Below are positions 61,031 to 64,000 of a stretch of 64,000 nucleotides of DNA, piece after piece. Under the pieces are notes generated by a model that saw only the letters and a program-made list of their open reading frames with translations, was not told the origin of the DNA and ran no database searches. The DNA is taken from contig JADKEK010000001.1 in the NCBI GenBank assembly GCA_016718035.1, positions 961,233 through 1,025,232 of the forward strand, read 5' to 3'. The stretch's first letter is position 1. The number at the start of each line of letters is the position of its first letter. A program made the position numbers and the translations under genes. The stretch comes from Bacteroidota bacterium. Lineage in GTDB: Bacteria > Bacteroidota > Bacteroidia > Chitinophagales > BACL12.

Positions 61031-62380
61031 TCACAACAACTCATTCGCCAAATTGGCGAGCTCACTGCGCTCTCCTTTTTGCAGTGTAATGACAGAACAC
61101 ATAGGATGGTTATTGATTTTATCAATCAAATAACTTAATCCGTTGCTATGCGTATCGAGGTATGGTGTATCAATTTGATTGATGTCGCCGGTAAAAATAA
61201 TTTTGGTGTTCTCCCCTGCTCTGGTGATAATCGTTTTTACTTCGAGTGGTGTGAGATTCTGAGCTTCATCGATAATAAAATAAATGTTGGAAATACTTCT
61301 TCCGCGAATATAAGCTAAAGGTTGTATGACCAGTTTTTCCTGTTCAATCATTTGAGCAATTGCCTTGTACTCGCTGTCGTTTTGTTCAAACTGATTCTGA
61401 ATCATTTTTAAATTATCCCAAAGTGGTTCCATATATGGATTCAATTTGGATTTAATATCACCCGGTAAATAACCAATGTCTTTATTATTCAATGGAATAA
61501 TTGGTCTGGCCAAAAATATTTGTTTGTAATTGCGGCGTTGTTCCAGCGCAGAAGCTAATGCCAATAAGGTTTTACCGGTTCCTGATTGTCCCTGCAACGC
61601 CACCAGTTTGATATCCGGGTCTAACAATACATTTAATGCAAAAACCTGTTCAGCGTTGCGCGGTTTAATTCCGTAGGCAGTTGCTTTATTGATACGTTCA
61701 AAAACTTTTTCTTCAGAATTATAACTTGCTAAAACACTGCTGCTGCCATTTTTTAAAATAAAACATTGGTTGGCAAACGGCTCTTGTTTTAATATTTTTT
61801 TAAATCCGATAAATCCGTCGCTATAAATTTTGTCAATAGATTCGTGATCAATACCTTCAATCGTTTCTATTGGCTCTTTTAATAAATCGGTATTTTCAAT
61901 TTTATCGTTTTTATAATCTTCGCTATATAAACCAAGCGATTTAGCTTTTAGTCGCAGGTTAATATCTTTCGTCACCAAAATAACCTTATGCTCAGGATAT
62001 TTTTGTTTCATAACTAAAGCCGTATTCAAAATTTTGTGGTCAGGTTTTTCTTCCCCAAACACCTCTTCAGCATTGAGTCCTGTATGTGCATACATGGCTA
62101 CCAGCATACGTCCTGTAGTTCGTCCGTTAATCGGTCGCCACTCTTGTAAAGTGCTTTCCTTCGACTTATTATCAAGAAAACGAATAAATTCTCTGGCTTC
62201 GAAATTGATGGTTTCGTTACCCTTTTTAAAATTGTCTAATTCTTCCAGCACTGTGATGGGAATTACAACGTCGTGTTCTTCGAATTTATTTACCGAATTG
62301 TGGTCGTGCAGAATAACCGATGTGTCGAGTATGAAAATTTTTTTCTCTTCCTGCACTTTAGCCTTTTTCTTCAATGCCAT
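61031..62380 (-). CDS. PIN-domain/PhoH-like ATPase (PhoH2-type)
   Basis: 449 aa. The N-terminal PIN domain has FILDTSVILHD and TVLEELD. The C-terminal PhoH-like P-loop has GQSGTGKT and IIDEAQN. Confidence 0.88.
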   Translation of the reverse strand: MALKKKAKVQEEKKIFILDTSVILHDHNSVNKFEEHDVVIPITVLEELDNFKKGNETINFEAREFIRFLDNKSKESTLQEWRPINGRTTGRMLVAMYAHTGLNAEEVFGEEKPDHKILNTALVMKQKYPEHKVILVTKDINLRLKAKSLGLYSEDYKNDKIENTDLLKEPIETIEGIDHESIDKIYSDGFIGFKKILKQEPFANQCFILKNGSSSVLASYNSEEKVFERINKATAYGIKPRNAEQVFALNVLLDPDIKLVALQGQSGTGKTLLALASALEQRRNYKQIFLARPIIPLNNKDIGYLPGDIKSKLNPYMEPLWDNLKMIQNQFEQNDSEYKAIAQMIEQEKLVIQPLAYIRGRSISNIYFIIDEAQNLTPLEVKTIITRAGENTKIIFTGDINQIDTPYLDTHSNGLSYLIDKINNHPMCSVITLQKGERSELANLANELL

Positions 62381-62476
62381 ATCGTGGTTTGTTATCCAAG
62401 ATTAGCGGAAGTACACAATAAAACAAACAGGGTTATACCACATACATGTTGATAATTGTCTGTACAAGCGTACAGC

Positions 62477-64000
62477 TCAGGCTGGAAGTGCCTGTACAAG
62501 CGCAGTTTCAAAAAAGGCTAATTGTTGAGCGGCTTCCACTTCATCTAAACTTAATTTTGCAGCTATAATTTTTGCGATTTCCGGATACAGTTGTTTGGTT
62601 TGCTCCATATCAAAATACAAACGTCCTGTTCTGCGAATAATAAAATCGCTGACATTGGTAACCATTTCATGTTCTATCGCATACATAATTTCAGCAGTTA
62701 GCAATCGTATCGCAGGATTTTTAATTGAATTTCCAATATCAAATGCGGTATTAATAATTGTTTCACAAGCAGTGCCATACGTAAACACCAAATACCGTAT
62801 AACACTTTCATTTACATCAATCTGTTTGGCTTCACCTGTTCTGCGCGTTATGTATTCGGGAATACTACAATCAAAATCAGCGCCGAATAATAATTGTTGA
62901 TGTGTTGTGCTCTCAGGAATTTTTCTACCGGATTTTTTAAGCGATTTCGCTAACATATTTACTACTTTCTCCGCCATTTTTCGGTAACCGGTTAGTTTAC
63001 CGCCGGCTATAGATATCAGCCCTTTATCAGAAATAAATATTTCATCTTTTCGTGACAATTCTGAAGGCGATTTACCTTCTTCATGAATAAGTGGTCGCAA
63101 ACCTGCCCAACCGGAAATTACGTGACTAAATTGCAACTGCACTTTGGGAAATTTATTATTTACTGCATCCAATAAATAATTGACATCCTCTCTGGAAAGT
63201 AAAATATTATCCTTATCGCCAACATAATTAGTATCGGTTGTGCCAATGTACACGGATTTTAAGCGAGGTATTACAAATATCATTCGGTTATCGCCGTCAA
63301 CATCAAAATATAATGCATGCTGCACAGGAAAATCGTTTTTATTCACTACGATATGTATGCCTTTGGTAAGATGTAATTTTTTCCCTTTAGGTAATGTTTC
63401 CAAACTCCTTACATCATCTACCCAAGGCCCTGCAGCATTAATTACATGTGTTGCGTTGAATGTAATAGTCGTATCGGATAATAAATCGCGAGCAACTACA
63501 CCAGTTATAACATTATTGGAGAAAATAAAATTTTCCACCTTCATATAATTAAAACAACATGCGCCAAATGTAGCGGCGGATTTAATTACACTTATTGTTA
63601 AACGTGCATCATCGGTTCTAAATTCTTTATAAATAGCCCCACCAATTAAATCCTGTGTCGATAATAATGGTTCCAATTGATGTAAATGCGCAGCCTCCAC
63701 CATATAATAGCGGTCGTCGCGTTCCACTTTTGCTAAAGTATCATAAATGCGGAGCGCAATTCCGGTAGAAAATTTTCCCAGGCTGCCATTTTTATAAATC
63801 GGCAACACCATATTAATCGGTTCCACTAAATGTGGAGCAAGTTTATGAATAACAGCTCTTTCAATTCCAACCGTACGCACCAACCCAAACTCCAATTGTT
63901 TTAAATATCGCAATCCGCCATGTATCAGCTTTGTCGATTTGGAAGATGTTCCTCCTGCGAAGTCGTACTTTTCCAGTAACAACACTTTTAATCCTCTTGA
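62477..64000 (-). CDS. glpD: FAD-dependent glycerol-3-phosphate dehydrogenase, N-terminus beyond the right edge
   Basis: The frame stays open to the window end (..SRGLKVLLLEKYDFAGGTSSKSTKLIHGGLRYL). The DAO-family core and the C-terminal alpha-helical GlpD domain are present. Confidence 0.85.
   Translation of the reverse strand, partial: SRGLKVLLLEKYDFAGGTSSKSTKLIHGGLRYLKQLEFGLVRTVGIERAVIHKLAPHLVEPINMVLPIYKNGSLGKFSTGIALRIYDTLAKVERDDRYYMVEAAHLHQLEPLLSTQDLIGGAIYKEFRTDDARLTISVIKSAATFGACCFNYMKVENFIFSNNVITGVVARDLLSDTTITFNATHVINAAGPWVDDVRSLETLPKGKKLHLTKGIHIVVNKNDFPVQHALYFDVDGDNRMIFVIPRLKSVYIGTTDTNYVGDKDNILLSREDVNYLLDAVNNKFPKVQLQFSHVISGWAGLRPLIHEEGKSPSELSRKDEIFISDKGLISIAGGKLTGYRKMAEKVVNMLAKSLKKSGRKIPESTTHQQLLFGADFDCSIPEYITRRTGEAKQIDVNESVIRYLVFTYGTACETIINTAFDIGNSIKNPAIRLLTAEIMYAIEHEMVTNVSDFIIRRTGRLYFDMEQTKQLYPEIAKIIAAKLSLDEVEAAQQLAFFETALVQALPA

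Noticed and set aside
1-64000. Prophage, integrative element or genomic island borders
   Set aside because: No integrase, transposase, tRNA target or phage structural genes were recognised. Repeats with inverted termini are present, but without an autonomous partner in this window.

Overview
This is a 64-kb chromosomal window from an AT-rich Bacteroidota-type genome. The assignment rests on many T9SS type-A and type-B C-terminal sorting domains, Bacteroidota-style parC/parE, and a split KdpD-type kinase. I recognised no rRNA, tRNA, CRISPR array, transposase, integrase or phage genes. About 45 genes are present, and roughly a third are predicted T9SS cargo. They include a tandem array of five paralogous seven-repeat propeller proteins (1-9754), three Kelch-like paralogs and an SBBP-repeat protein (35-42 kb), and a type-B CTD adhesin. 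Housekeeping genes include glgB, a cold-shock protein, parC, parE, kup, a kdpD/kdpE-like two-component system, a PIN-PhoH ATPase, glpD, PAP2 and SDR enzymes, and an ECF sigma factor. The sequence-level oddities are as follows. (1) A roughly 130-220 bp interspersed intergenic repeat family with inverted termini occurs at four loci, one of them tandemly amplified. (2) A 1.06-kb ORF-free gap carries 2.2 copies of a 269-bp tandem repeat, plus short modules shared in inverted orientation with the region downstream of parC. (3) An 83-bp insertion ending in a 47-nt C-rich tract cleanly interrupts a TonB-dependent receptor gene. (4) A propeller/Y_Y_Y sensor kinase is shattered by at least eight frame disruptions next to an intact LuxR-type regulator and an uncharacterised lipoprotein/Kelch/SBBP cargo cluster. 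(5) Isolated frameshifts occur in kup, parE and a BNR-like gene. Because parE is essential, some of these lesions may be sequencing indels rather than biology. All calls come from reading the sequence and ORF translations by eye. Family names are from memory and need HMM or BLAST confirmation.
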